From positions 608,001-672,000 of the forward strand of contig CAWFQK010000002.1 in the NCBI GenBank assembly GCA_963817955.1: a stretch of DNA of 64,000 nucleotides, written 5' to 3'. The notes under the pieces were generated by a model, which searched no databases, was not told the origin of the DNA, and worked only from the letters and a program-made list of their open reading frames with translations. The DNA is from an uncultured Gemmatimonadaceae bacterium (GTDB lineage Bacteria; Gemmatimonadota; Gemmatimonadetes; Gemmatimonadales; Gemmatimonadaceae). The position numbers and the translations under genes were made by a program. Shown here piece by piece: positions 10,461 to 19,835 of the stretch (position 1 is the stretch's first letter; every line of letters starts with the position of its first letter).

Positions 10461-11648
10461 TTATTGATTCAGGAAGTCCAGTCCGCCGGTTTGTATGCGT
10501 TCCATTGCCGTCCCTTCCGACTCGTGCTGCACGGCAAGCTCCTCGTCCGACGGCACGTCCGCGATGTTCACCGAGGCTGAGAGCCGCGAGAACATCCGCA
10601 TCTTGAGCTCGAAATCCGACGGATTGCTCGCCGCGGCTTTCGCCACCGCAAACGTCACTTCACCGCTCGCCACGAGATCGGCAAGGCATTGGTCAAACGT
10701 CTGCATGCCGTACTGGTCGCGTCCGTCCGCGATGAAGTCCTTGATCTCGCCGATGTGTGTCCCTTCCATGATCAGATCCTTGATCGACGGCGTGTTGATC
10801 ATGATCTCCGCGGCTACCGCCCGTCCCTTGCCGGAACGCTTCGGCAGCAGGCGCTGCGAGATGACCGCTGTCAGCGACTCGGCGAGGCGAATGCGCACCA
10901 CATCCTGCTCTTCGGCCGGGAACATCGCCACCATGCGCATGATCGTGCTCTGCGCATCCGGAGTGTGCAGCGTGGACATGAGCACGTGGCCCGTCTCCGC
11001 GGCCTTGAGCGCCGTGTCGATCGTCTCGGCATCGCGCAACTCACCGATCATGATGACATCAGGATCCTGACGGAGCGCGGCGCGCAAACCCATCTTGAAA
11101 TCCTCGGTGTCCGAGCCAATCTCCCGCTGCGTCACCGAACAGTTCTTGTCCTTGTGCAGGAACTCGATCGGGTTCTCGAGCGTCAGGATGTGACCCGACT
11201 CGCGCTCATTGATGTGGTTGATCAACGCCGCCATCGTGCTCGACTTTCCGGAGCCGGTCACGCCGGTCACCAACACCATGCCGCGCTCGGCTTCAGCAAC
11301 CTTCGCCAGCACGAGCGGCAGACCCAGTTTCTGGAACGTGGGAATCTCCCACGGAATCACGCGCATGATGATCGAGAACGATCCGCGTTGCTTCATGATA
11401 TTCACGCGGAAGCGTCCGATGCCCGCCGCAGCCCAGGAGCAGTCGTAGTCGAGAATCTTGTCGATCCGCGCCTTGTCGTCGTCGTTGTGCATCAGGTGCA
11501 GCGCGATCGCTCGCGTCTGGTCCGGCGTCAGCGCCTGTCTCGTGAGCGGCACGAGGTCGCCGTTGATGCGCGCACGAAAGACGTCGCCGGCTTTCATGTG
11601 CAGATCCGACGCACCGCGATCGACAGCGGCCTTGATGATCTTTTCCAT
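10461..11648 (-). CDS. pilT: PilT/PilU-family type IV pilus retraction ATPase
   Basis: ASDLH, Walker A GVTGSGKS, ENPIEF, ALRQDPDVIMIGELRD, AETGH, TLHT, GMQTFDQ. Confidence 0.88.
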   Translation of the reverse strand: MEKIIKAAVDRGASDLHMKAGDVFRARINGDLVPLTRQALTPDQTRAIALHLMHNDDDKARIDKILDYDCSWAAAGIGRFRVNIMKQRGSFSIIMRVIPWEIPTFQKLGLPLVLAKVAEAERGMVLVTGVTGSGKSSTMAALINHINERESGHILTLENPIEFLHKDKNCSVTQREIGSDTEDFKMGLRAALRQDPDVIMIGELRDAETIDTALKAAETGHVLMSTLHTPDAQSTIMRMVAMFPAEEQDVVRIRLAESLTAVISQRLLPKRSGKGRAVAAEIMINTPSIKDLIMEGTHIGEIKDFIADGRDQYGMQTFDQCLADLVASGEVTFAVAKAAASNPSDFELKMRMFSRLSASVNIADVPSDEELAVQHESEGTAMERIQTGGLDFLNQ

Positions 11649-11713
11649 TCGCTACCCTTTCGTCAGCGTCGCGCCGAACGTCATGCCAACGCCGCGGTCA
11701 CATGCGGTTGCGT

Positions 11714-12748
11714 TCAATATCCTGCCCTCTTGTCCACGACGTTCCGAAGCGATTCGCCATTCACATATCGTCGCCAATTGTCGAGGAACAAATCGAGCTG
11801 GCGTGGCCAGAAGCGGCCAGGCGATACGGGCGACACGTGCGGTGTCAGGAGAACCTGACGAAGCTGCCATAGCGGGCTGTCGGGCGCCAGTGGCTCGTGA
11901 CGGAACACGTCCAACACGGCCCCGCGTAGTCGACCTGTCTTCAGCCGCTCCACGAGCGCCACGTCGTCGAGCATCGCGCCACGGGCCACGTTCACCACGA
12001 TGGCTGACGGCGGCAGCAGATCGAGGCGCTCCGCCGTCAATAGGCCGTTCGTTTCGCCGGTGAGCGGCGCGGCGATCACGACCACGTCATGGATCGGCAA
12101 CTCGTCGTCGATCTGGTCGAGGCCGACGACACGCGCGAATCCCGGGGGTGCACCGAGGCCCACGCGTCGCCGCACACCGGTGCACGTCGCGCCGAGCGCG
12201 GTGAGCCGCTCTGCGGTCGCGCCGCCCAAGCCGCCGACACCGATGATCAGCGCGTGGACCGTGTCCATTTCGCGCATCACCGCGTTCTCCTGCACGAACG
12301 GCTGCTTGTTCCACTCGGCGCGACGCTGTTGGTCGATCGCGAAGTCGAGTCCGCGCAGAAAATGGAGGATGCCGGCGATGCAGTACTCGGCGATCGGAAT
12401 GGCGTGAACGCCTGCCGAGTTGGTGAACAACACCCCGCTGGCCATCATCTCGGGATAGAGGGCGCTTCCCACGCCGGCAGCCGCGGAGTGCGCCCACCGG
12501 AGGCGTTTGGCCTCGAGAAAGAGCGGTCGCGGTATGCCGAAGCCGAAGTACACTTCGGCGTCGCGCACGGCGTCCATGACCTCGTCGCTCGGCCGCGGCG
12601 GGCCATCGCCGTCGGAGCTGGTGACGGCGCGAACGACGTGCACGGTCCAGCCGTGGGGCGCTTCGTCCAGGAGACGATGCTCGCCTTCGGAAGTGAGCGC
12701 CCAGTTTTTCGATTTCGCCGCGAGATCGACGACGAGTAGACGATCCAT
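11714..12748 (-). CDS. D-2-hydroxyacid dehydrogenase family protein
   Basis: GVGGLG dinucleotide-binding motif, VNVARG, LDVFRHEPL, LTPHVS. Confidence 0.92.
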   Translation of the reverse strand: MDRLLVVDLAAKSKNWALTSEGEHRLLDEAPHGWTVHVVRAVTSSDGDGPPRPSDEVMDAVRDAEVYFGFGIPRPLFLEAKRLRWAHSAAAGVGSALYPEMMASGVLFTNSAGVHAIPIAEYCIAGILHFLRGLDFAIDQQRRAEWNKQPFVQENAVMREMDTVHALIIGVGGLGGATAERLTALGATCTGVRRRVGLGAPPGFARVVGLDQIDDELPIHDVVVIAAPLTGETNGLLTAERLDLLPPSAIVVNVARGAMLDDVALVERLKTGRLRGAVLDVFRHEPLAPDSPLWQLRQVLLTPHVSPVSPGRFWPRQLDLFLDNWRRYVNGESLRNVVDKRAGY

Positions 12749-13408
12749 CTAGTCGGTGGTGATGCTGACGACGTCCGGGAGTCCGCGAAGTCGGTCACAG
12801 AGGACGTCGAATTGCTTGGTCGCGCCGATGAGCTCGAGCTCAAAGGTGCGATCCGTGTCGTGCTCAAATGTACGTCGCGAGTAGATGTGAACGCCGTTCT
12901 TTCGAATCAGCTCTTCGAACGTGTCGAACCCGACGCCGGGCTTGACACGCAATGTCGCGGTCACTCGCCGGCGCTTGGCAAGCAACCGAGTTTCGAACGG
13001 GCGCAGCCCCACGAGGATGAGCATGATGAGCACGGTCGAACCGCATGCGTCAACGTATGCGCCGGCACCCACGGCCATACCGATTGCCGCTACGACCCAG
13101 ATCGTGGCAGCAGTGGTGAGTCCAATGACCGCGCCTTCGCCATGCAGGATCGCGCCGGCGCCGAGAAAGCCGATGCCCGACACGATCTGTGCGGCGATGC
13201 GTCCGGGGTCGCCGTATGGATGGCCGTCTTGTGCAAAGCCCGCCTCGCTCACGTCTACGGACAGCTGCATCAACATGGCCGCCCCGACGCAGATGAGGAT
13301 GTTGGTGCGAAGGCCAGCTGGCTTCCCGGCCATCTCCCGCTCGAGGCCAACGGCGCCCCCGAGCAGCGTGGCGAGCAGGAGCTTGCCAAGCATGCTGAGC
13401 CGTAGCAC
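12749..13408 (-). CDS. MgtC/SapB family protein (true start possibly further upstream)
   Basis: GLERE..GKPAGLRT, DPGRIAAQIVSGIGFLGAG, GLTTAATIW and a C-terminal ACT-like region. Confidence 0.92.
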   Translation of the reverse strand: MLRLSMLGKLLLATLLGGAVGLEREMAGKPAGLRTNILICVGAAMLMQLSVDVSEAGFAQDGHPYGDPGRIAAQIVSGIGFLGAGAILHGEGAVIGLTTAATIWVVAAIGMAVGAGAYVDACGSTVLIMLILVGLRPFETRLLAKRRRVTATLRVKPGVGFDTFEELIRKNGVHIYSRRTFEHDTDRTFELELIGATKQFDVLCDRLRGLPDVVSITTD

Positions 13409-13506
13409 TTCTGCAACGCTGGCGGCCGCTTGGGTGAGGTTGGCGGCGATGTGTTGAGAGATGATGATGCGCTACTCCCGCCCGTCATCACCGCATGCGT
13501 CTGGCG

Positions 13507-13767
13507 TCAACGCATGTCGAGATCGCGAACGTCTCCAGGTGAAGTATCCGGCGATGAATCGCCGTAGCTAATGCTCCGCGCCTGTTCTTCGAGCGATGCG
13601 ATCGAGGCTTCGTCGGGCTCCGTCGGGGTGGAAAAATTCCGAAACACCGTTCCGCCGCATTTGTCACATTTCACGGCGTTCGGCACTACCTGATCGTAGA
13701 ACTTCTCGTTGCCGCACGTCATGCACACCAGCGTCACGAGACCGCGCGGACCCGTCCCATCAGCCAT
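13507..13767 (-). CDS. Small zinc-ribbon protein with acidic tail
   Basis: CMTCG...CDKCGG; GAGTGGA upstream of the ATG; typical codon usage. Confidence 0.7.
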   Translation of the reverse strand: MADGTGPRGLVTLVCMTCGNEKFYDQVVPNAVKCDKCGGTVFRNFSTPTEPDEASIASLEEQARSISYGDSSPDTSPGDVRDLDMR

Positions 13768-13870
13768 GATCCACTCGCGTTGAGGTTACGAGCTCCTCTT
13801 GCAAGAGACATGCGGCACGGACACGTGGATAATGCGGCCTCGGCAGTGAGAGCGGAAGGTTCGCGTCTGT

Positions 13871-14374
13871 TCAGTACCCAGGCTTCTGCACGGCTTCGAA
13901 CAGGATCTGCAGCGCAATCATCCCGAGTAGGAGGAGCGACGCGAGGGGGCGGCGGCGAGGCGCTTTCGGCAGCGAACGCCGATAGGCGAACCAGCAGGCC
14001 ACGATCACGACGCTCTCCACCAGGAGGTCGCCGAGCGGGTGCGCGTAGAGCATCAGCCCGACCATTGGTCCGCCGGGCCAGGTCGGTTTCGTGCCCGTGA
14101 TGAAATCCGCTGGCCAGTGTGACGCATACGTGAGCCAGACCACGCTCGCGTCGGCCAGTTGACGTGTGGCAACGAAATAGAGGAGCGCGAGCAACGTAGC
14201 GCCGAGCGCCACCGAGACAATGGAGTGCGACAACGCCTTGTCATAATTGCCGAAGGCGTTGAGCACCCATTCGATCCAGTCGGGAGCGAACGCCGCGGGA
14301 ACGAGCACGGCGAATGGAATGCGCGGGCGTTTGCTCTTGGCGAGTGTCGCCAGCGCGGCGTGACCGACGTACAC
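13871..14374 (-). CDS. Membrane-bound metal-dependent hydrolase-like protein (YdjM-like)
   Basis: MYVGH, PDW, SHS and SHWPAD motifs within hydrophobic helices. Confidence 0.7.
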   Translation of the reverse strand: MYVGHAALATLAKSKRPRIPFAVLVPAAFAPDWIEWVLNAFGNYDKALSHSIVSVALGATLLALLYFVATRQLADASVVWLTYASHWPADFITGTKPTWPGGPMVGLMLYAHPLGDLLVESVVIVACWFAYRRSLPKAPRRRPLASLLLLGMIALQILFEAVQKPGY

Positions 14375-14470
14375 TCAGCGCGTCCGACGCAGCAGCCGGT
14401 CAACGACCACGAGCAGCACCACCGGAGCGACGAGCGCGCCTGCCACCGTCAGCCAGGTAAGGAGATCCAT
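14375..14470 (-). CDS. Putative 31-aa single-pass membrane peptide
   Basis: MDLLTWLTVAGALVAPVVLLVVVDRLLRRTR; its stop abuts the next start codon. Confidence 0.5.
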   Translation of the reverse strand: MDLLTWLTVAGALVAPVVLLVVVDRLLRRTR

Positions 14471-14522
14471 CCGCTGCATGACGGAATGCGGCGCGGGGAT
14501 CACGCCGCACGTCCCGGAGTGA

Positions 14523-14783
14523 TCAATAGGGTCTTGCTGGCCGGCTCTTCTTCTGCGCGCACTCGTCGCACAGCGTCGCGCTCGCCTGCAGCCGCGCTCC
14601 GCAACAACCGCACAAGCTGTACACGCGCACGCCGGTGGACGTGACATCTCGATGAATCGACGGTGTGAACCGGACGAAGTTCAGCGGCCATTGCACGCCC
14701 GTGGGCTGCAGGGGGCGCCGTGTAAAGACGGCCCGGACGCGCGCGAGAATCCGACGGAAGAACTGCCCACGAAGAAACTGCAT
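14523..14783 (-). CDS. Small hypothetical protein with a C-terminal zinc-finger-like motif
   Basis: CGCCGARL...LCDEC. Confidence 0.5.
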   Translation of the reverse strand: MQFLRGQFFRRILARVRAVFTRRPLQPTGVQWPLNFVRFTPSIHRDVTSTGVRVYSLCGCCGARLQASATLCDECAQKKSRPARPY

Positions 14784-14912
14784 GGCAAACTGGGATCGAG
14801 CCGCGCTCTCGCCAGGTCCGCACCGGCAACGCGCGGCGGCACTGCCGGCGGTGTGACTGGCCGGTCAAAATGCACGGCTCATGCCGCGTGCGATGCAGTA
14901 ACCAGAGCACGA

Positions 14913-15926
14913 TCAGAACCCCATCCGCTCGCGGACGGCGTCCATGGTCTCTCGCGCCAGAGCGCGGCAGCGATCAGCGCCCGCCGCAAGCGCGTCGTCC
15001 ACCACCGCCGGCTTCGCCGCAAGCTCAGCGGCGCGACGGCGAATCGGCACCAGCTCCGTCTCCATCGATTCGGCGAGCACCTTCTTGCAGTCGATGCAAC
15101 CCCACCCTGCGGTGCTGCATTGCACCGTCACGTGCTCCACCGTCGCCGGCGGACTGAACGCTCGGTGTAGATGGTAGATGTTGCAGACTTCAGGCGTGCC
15201 CGGGTCAGTCCTCTTGATGCGCTTGGGATCTGTGAAGGCCGGACGCAGCTTCGCCCAGATGGTCTCGGGCGATTCGAGCAGGCCAATGGTGTTGCCCATC
15301 GATTTCGACATCTTCGACTGGCCGTCGAGTCCCATGATGCGGCGCGTCGGCGTGAGCAACGCCTTGGGCTCGGCAAAGAATTCCTCGCGCTCGTCTGTGC
15401 CTTCTTCCGTCCTGCGTCCTGTGAGCCGGCCGAACATGCTGTTCCAGCGGCGTGCGACCACGCGCGACAGCTCGAGATGTTGAACCTGATCCTCCCCAAC
15501 CGGCACAGAGTCGGCGCGGTACAGCAGAATGTCTGCCGCCTGCAGCACAGGATAGTTCAACAGCCCCGCGGCAACGGATTCCTGTCGCGCCGCTTTCTCC
15601 TTGAACTGCGTCTGCCGTTCCAGCTCGCCGAGTGGCGTGATGGTGTTGAACAACCACGCAAGCTCGGTATGTTCCGGAACCTGCGACTGCACGAACAAGG
15701 ATGCGACGTTCGGGTCGATGCCGGCCGACAGGAGACCGATCGCCATATCGCGCCGGCGATCGCGGAGCTGCGCGGGCTCGTATTGGACCGTGATCGCGTG
15801 GTAGTCCACGATGCAGAAGATCGACTCGTACTGCTGTTGCAGCGCGACCCAGTTCCTGACCGCGCCGAGGTAGTTGCCGATGTGCAGCTCCCCGGACGGC
15901 TGAATTCCACTGAATATCCGTGACAT
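14913..15926 (-). CDS. trpS: Tryptophan--tRNA ligase
   Basis: SGIQPSGELHIGNYLGA (HIGH), YPVLQAADIL, VPVGEDQ, KMSKS. Confidence 0.98.
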   Translation of the reverse strand: MSRIFSGIQPSGELHIGNYLGAVRNWVALQQQYESIFCIVDYHAITVQYEPAQLRDRRRDMAIGLLSAGIDPNVASLFVQSQVPEHTELAWLFNTITPLGELERQTQFKEKAARQESVAAGLLNYPVLQAADILLYRADSVPVGEDQVQHLELSRVVARRWNSMFGRLTGRRTEEGTDEREEFFAEPKALLTPTRRIMGLDGQSKMSKSMGNTIGLLESPETIWAKLRPAFTDPKRIKRTDPGTPEVCNIYHLHRAFSPPATVEHVTVQCSTAGWGCIDCKKVLAESMETELVPIRRRAAELAAKPAVVDDALAAGADRCRALARETMDAVRERMGF

Positions 15927-16720
15927 CCGTGCAAGCTAATACGCCACGTGCGCTGCTGGCGACCTGCGTCGCCGCCGCAGCTCGCGCCGCCGATATCATT
16001 CGCGACCGCTCGGTCAATCGTCTTGACATCCAGTGGGAGCACAAGGCCCGCGCCGACTTCGTGAGCGATGTCGACCGCAGCGCGGAACTCGCGATCACCG
16101 AAGTCGTGATGGCGCGCCACCCCGACGCGCGGATCCTTGGCGAGGAGTTCTCCCCGTTGCTCGACCTGAGCCACGGCCTCGTATTCGTGGCTGATCCGCT
16201 CGACGGCACCACGAATTACCTCCACGGCTTTCCGTGGTACGCCGTCTCGATCGGCGCACTGATGGACGGTGGGCTCGTCGCGGGAGTGGTGCTGAATGTC
16301 GCCAACGGCGAATTGTTCACCGCCACCGCCGGCGGCGGCGCGCGCATGAACGGTCAGCCGATATCCGTCTCACCGATCACCGAGCCGCTCCGTTCACTCA
16401 TCGGCACGGGCTTCCCTTTCAAGGAAGCGGGACAGATCGATCAGTACATACAAACCGTCCCCGCGATCATGCGTGAGACCGCCGGCATCCGCCGCCCCGG
16501 CTCGGCCGCGCTCGACTTGGCGGACGTGGCCTGCGGACGATTCGAGGCGTTCTGGGAAATGCAACTCGCGCCCTGGGATATTGCCGCGGGCATTCTGCTG
16601 GTGCGCGAAGCCGGCGGCATCGTCACGGACTTCACCGGCGCACCATGTTCAGTGGCTCACACACCGCTGGTTGCCGGAAACCCGGCCATGCACGCCTGGC
16701 TGCTGGAGCGCGTGCGATAG
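15920..16720 (+). CDS. suhB: Inositol monophosphatase family protein (start may be GTG 15929)
   Basis: ILGEE, DPLDGTTNY, GSAALDL, WDIAAG. Confidence 0.9.
   Translation: MTSVQANTPRALLATCVAAAARAADIIRDRSVNRLDIQWEHKARADFVSDVDRSAELAITEVVMARHPDARILGEEFSPLLDLSHGLVFVADPLDGTTNYLHGFPWYAVSIGALMDGGLVAGVVLNVANGELFTATAGGGARMNGQPISVSPITEPLRSLIGTGFPFKEAGQIDQYIQTVPAIMRETAGIRRPGSAALDLADVACGRFEAFWEMQLAPWDIAAGILLVREAGGIVTDFTGAPCSVAHTPLVAGNPAMHAWLLERVR
15933..15938 (-). promoter_or_regulatory. Putative -10 box (TAGCTT) 6 nt before the trpS ATG; likely leaderless mRNA
   Basis: Minus strand TAGCTT-GCACGG-ATG, lying within the divergent suhB 5' end. Confidence 0.5.
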
Positions 16721-16771
16721 CGAGATAGATTCCAGCGTTCCCCTTCGCAGCCCTTCACCAGCCCACAGGCC

Positions 16772-18295
16772 ATGAAGCTCGTCGAGTGCGTCCCCAACTT
16801 CTCTGAAGGCCGCCGTCCGGAGATCGTCAAGAAGATCCGCGACGCCATCGCCGCCGTCGATGGCGTCGTGATTCTCGATGTCTCATCTGACCAATCGCAC
16901 AATCGCACGGTCGTCACCTTCGTGGCGCCCGTGGAGAAGGCGGAGGCTGCGGCGTTCGCCGGCATTCGCGAGGCACGCGAGCACATTGATCTGAATCACC
17001 ATACTGGCGAGCACCCGCGTATGGGCGCCACCGATGTCGTGCCGTTCATTCCGCTCGAGGGCACGACGATGGATGATTGCATCGTTCTCGCGCGAACACT
17101 CGGCGAACGCGTCGGGCGTGAGCTCGAGATTCCGGTGTTCCTCTACGAGCGGGCAGCCACCACATCGGCGCGCGAGAATCTCGCTGACGTCCGCCGTGGC
17201 GAGTTTGAGGGCATTCGCGACGAAATGGCCGCCGGCGCGGCGAGCCGCATACCGGACTTCGGTCCGTCAAAGATTCACGCGACGGCCGGCGCCGTCGCGA
17301 TCGGAGCGCGTCCTTTCCTCGTTGCGTTCAATGTGTACCTCGGTCCGGCGACCAACCTCCCGGTGGCCAAGAAGGTTGCAAAGGCGGTTCGCGGCTCGTC
17401 GGGCGGCCTACGGTACGTGAAGGGATTGGGCCTGGAGGTCGAGGGCCAGGCGCAGGTGTCGATGAACCTCGTCGACACTGAGAAGACCCCGCTCCACCGC
17501 GCGTACGATCTGGTGAAGATGGAGGCCGAGGCGCAGGGAGTATCGCCCACCTGGAGCGAGATCGTCGGACTCGTGCCGGAGAAGGCGCTGTTCGACACCG
17601 CCGCGCACCATGCCCAGCTCCGTGACTTCAAGCCGGACATGGTGCTCGAGCACAAGGTGCGCGCCGCGATGCAAGGCGGTGAGTCGCTCACCGGGTTCGT
17701 CGCGTCAGTTGCATCATCGGCACCCACGCCGGGTGGTGGCAGTGTCGCGGCGCACGTCGGTGCGCTGGGCGCGGCGCTGGCGCAGATGGTCGCCGGCCTC
17801 ACCGCCGGCCGCAAGAAGTACGCGGCGGTCGATGCGGAGATGCGCGAACTGGGACTCACGGCGGCAGGGCTCGTCAATACGCTCTCGACGCTCGTTCAAA
17901 GAGATTCTGACTCTTATACCGCCGTCTCCACCGCCTACAAGATGTCTACGGACGGCGAGGATGCCGTGGTCACCCGGAAGGCGGCGATCACCGAGGCCCT
18001 GCTCGGGGCAGCCAAAGTGCCGCTCGAAACAGCCCGCGCCTGTACGCGGGTCGCCGAACTCGCCGCGGTGTGCGCCAACAAGGGCAACAGTAACGCTGTA
18101 TCCGACGCCGGTGTGGCCGCGCTTCTCGCTGAAGCCGCGTGCCGGGGCGCTGTCTATAATGTCCGGATCAACGTCTCCTCATTGGAGGATCGATCGCGCG
18201 GTGCGGGGCTCCTGGAGGAGGCCAATCAGCTGCTTGCGCAAACTACGGCGCACGTGGAGCGGGCGACGGCGGCGGTGGAGCGGGCGATCGGATGA
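16772..18295 (+). CDS. ftcD: Bifunctional glutamate formimidoyltransferase / formimidoyltetrahydrofolate cyclodeaminase
   Basis: ECVPNFSEGR, HNRTV, GEHPRMGA; cyclodeaminase domain with PTPGGGS and GNSNAVSD. Confidence 0.95.
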   Translation: MKLVECVPNFSEGRRPEIVKKIRDAIAAVDGVVILDVSSDQSHNRTVVTFVAPVEKAEAAAFAGIREAREHIDLNHHTGEHPRMGATDVVPFIPLEGTTMDDCIVLARTLGERVGRELEIPVFLYERAATTSARENLADVRRGEFEGIRDEMAAGAASRIPDFGPSKIHATAGAVAIGARPFLVAFNVYLGPATNLPVAKKVAKAVRGSSGGLRYVKGLGLEVEGQAQVSMNLVDTEKTPLHRAYDLVKMEAEAQGVSPTWSEIVGLVPEKALFDTAAHHAQLRDFKPDMVLEHKVRAAMQGGESLTGFVASVASSAPTPGGGSVAAHVGALGAALAQMVAGLTAGRKKYAAVDAEMRELGLTAAGLVNTLSTLVQRDSDSYTAVSTAYKMSTDGEDAVVTRKAAITEALLGAAKVPLETARACTRVAELAAVCANKGNSNAVSDAGVAALLAEAACRGAVYNVRINVSSLEDRSRGAGLLEEANQLLAQTTAHVERATAAVERAIG

Positions 18296-18299
18296 TCAT

Positions 18300-18345
18300 C
18301 AACGGTCACGATCGGCCGGGCGAGCCGGTCCGATCGTGACCGTTG
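18300..18345. terminator. Long GC hairpin between convergent ftcD and cyc2-like genes
   Basis: Perfect 16-bp inverted repeat CAACGGTCACGATCGG / CCGATCGTGACCGTTG; no U tract. Confidence 0.55.
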
Positions 18346-18356
18346 CGCGCATACAA

Positions 18357-19835
18357 TCAGAACGCGAGCCAGATGTAGAAGTAGAGCGTGTTGTTGTCGC
18401 CGGCGCTACGGCCACCGGGAACGTCGTACGATGAGCTCGCGCCGTTGAACTTGTTGTACGCAATGTATTGCAGGCCCACGCGCGTGTTCTGCCACGCATT
18501 GTAATTGATCTCGCCAATCGCCCCGCTGGTATTCGGGCTGCCGGTGCTGCTTCCCGTCACCGGAACGGACGGGTACAACACCGGGTCCGCCGTGCCCGTC
18601 GTTTGGAAGTATCCGGCGGTGAGGCTGTACTTCTGGTTGGGTAGATACGCCAGGCTCACACGCGTGGTCGACAGCGTCTGATCGATGTTGTTGGCCCCCC
18701 CATCGGTCTCCGTCGCCAGGAGTCGCTGGCGCTCATGAATGAAGCTCCCACGTCCAATCCATGTGGCGCTTCCCTGACGTTGCTCCACTTGCGCGTCCAC
18801 GCCGACGTCTGTGAATTGGTTTCGTAGGCCGGTGACACCGGTGGGATACAGGTGCGCATCGAACCCGAAGGTGCCGAGCATCAGCGAGGTTGCCGGTGCC
18901 TCGTGCTGTAGCGCCACGCGCCAGTATGGAATCACGCCGGACGTTGTGTTCATGGCGGTCGCGTCGAGCGGCATTGCGACTGCGACGTTTTCCGGCGCCG
19001 AACGATATGCAGTGAACTCGGTGTAGAGCAGGTTATTGTAGAGTGAATACGCGCCGAGTCCCAGAACCTGATGTGACAGCCCGCCGTCGATCAGCGTGCT
19101 CGCGATCGCGGACGGTGCAGTCGAGGAACTCATGAACGGGTACGCCCACGCGGGCACCGTGTTCCACACGTCCTGCACCGTAGGGTTGTTGTGCAGCGTC
19201 AGGCCGTAGAGCAGATCGCGATCGCCCAATGCGTGGTGATTGGCGTAGCGGAGGTCGATATTGTCGATCCCGAACGAGCCGTCCACCGCTGCGTAGGTGA
19301 ATTGAGTGAACGCGCCGACATGTGGTGTGATCGCTCCGGCCACGAACACACTGAATTGGTCCGGAAGCGCAACGGTACCGTTCTGCGTTCCCGGCACGCT
19401 ACTGCGTGTCTGAGTGAGCGACGTCACGAACATGGCCGCGACCGGCGGGAATGACAACAGCTTGAGCGATTCCTTTCCGGCCGAGTCACCGGGCTGACCG
19501 ATCGTTGGCACCGCCGTGAGCGTATAGCCATTCAGCTTGAAACTCCGGCCGAAGGGCGTGAGTTGTGGGAATTGATAGTGGCACGCAGAACAGGCCATTC
19601 CGGTCTGCCGCGAGTACGCCGGAACGGCCCGGTGAATTGCCGCGAGCGCTGTGATGAGTGATGCCGGCGCAACAGCGTGGCGTACCGAAACTCCGCCTAT
19701 CGTGCCGTCCAGAGCTGATGCTCGTTGCACTGGAACGGCAGCAAGGAACAGAGCTGCGAACGCGATTGCACCGAACGTGCGCCACCGGCGCGTGAGATCC
19801 TTCGGGATGAGACTTCTGCATTGATGCGAGTCCAT
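18357..19835 (-). CDS. cyc2: Cyc2-like outer-membrane monoheme cytochrome c-porin fusion
   Basis: Signal peptide; AVPAYSRQTGMACSACHYQFPQLTPFGRSFKLNGY (single CxxCH in a Cyc2-type context); beta-strand-rich body; C-terminal YFYIWLAF barrel signal; GGGAGG upstream of ATG 19835. Confidence 0.75.
   Translation of the reverse strand: MDSHQCRSLIPKDLTRRWRTFGAIAFAALFLAAVPVQRASALDGTIGGVSVRHAVAPASLITALAAIHRAVPAYSRQTGMACSACHYQFPQLTPFGRSFKLNGYTLTAVPTIGQPGDSAGKESLKLLSFPPVAAMFVTSLTQTRSSVPGTQNGTVALPDQFSVFVAGAITPHVGAFTQFTYAAVDGSFGIDNIDLRYANHHALGDRDLLYGLTLHNNPTVQDVWNTVPAWAYPFMSSSTAPSAIASTLIDGGLSHQVLGLGAYSLYNNLLYTEFTAYRSAPENVAVAMPLDATAMNTTSGVIPYWRVALQHEAPATSLMLGTFGFDAHLYPTGVTGLRNQFTDVGVDAQVEQRQGSATWIGRGSFIHERQRLLATETDGGANNIDQTLSTTRVSLAYLPNQKYSLTAGYFQTTGTADPVLYPSVPVTGSSTGSPNTSGAIGEINYNAWQNTRVGLQYIAYNKFNGASSSYDVPGGRSAGDNNTLYFYIWLAF

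Noticed and set aside
13797..13815. Sigma54-like promoter upstream of the zinc-ribbon gene (also near 51268-51283)
   Set aside because: TTGCA is present but the invariant GG at -24 is missing or mis-spaced.
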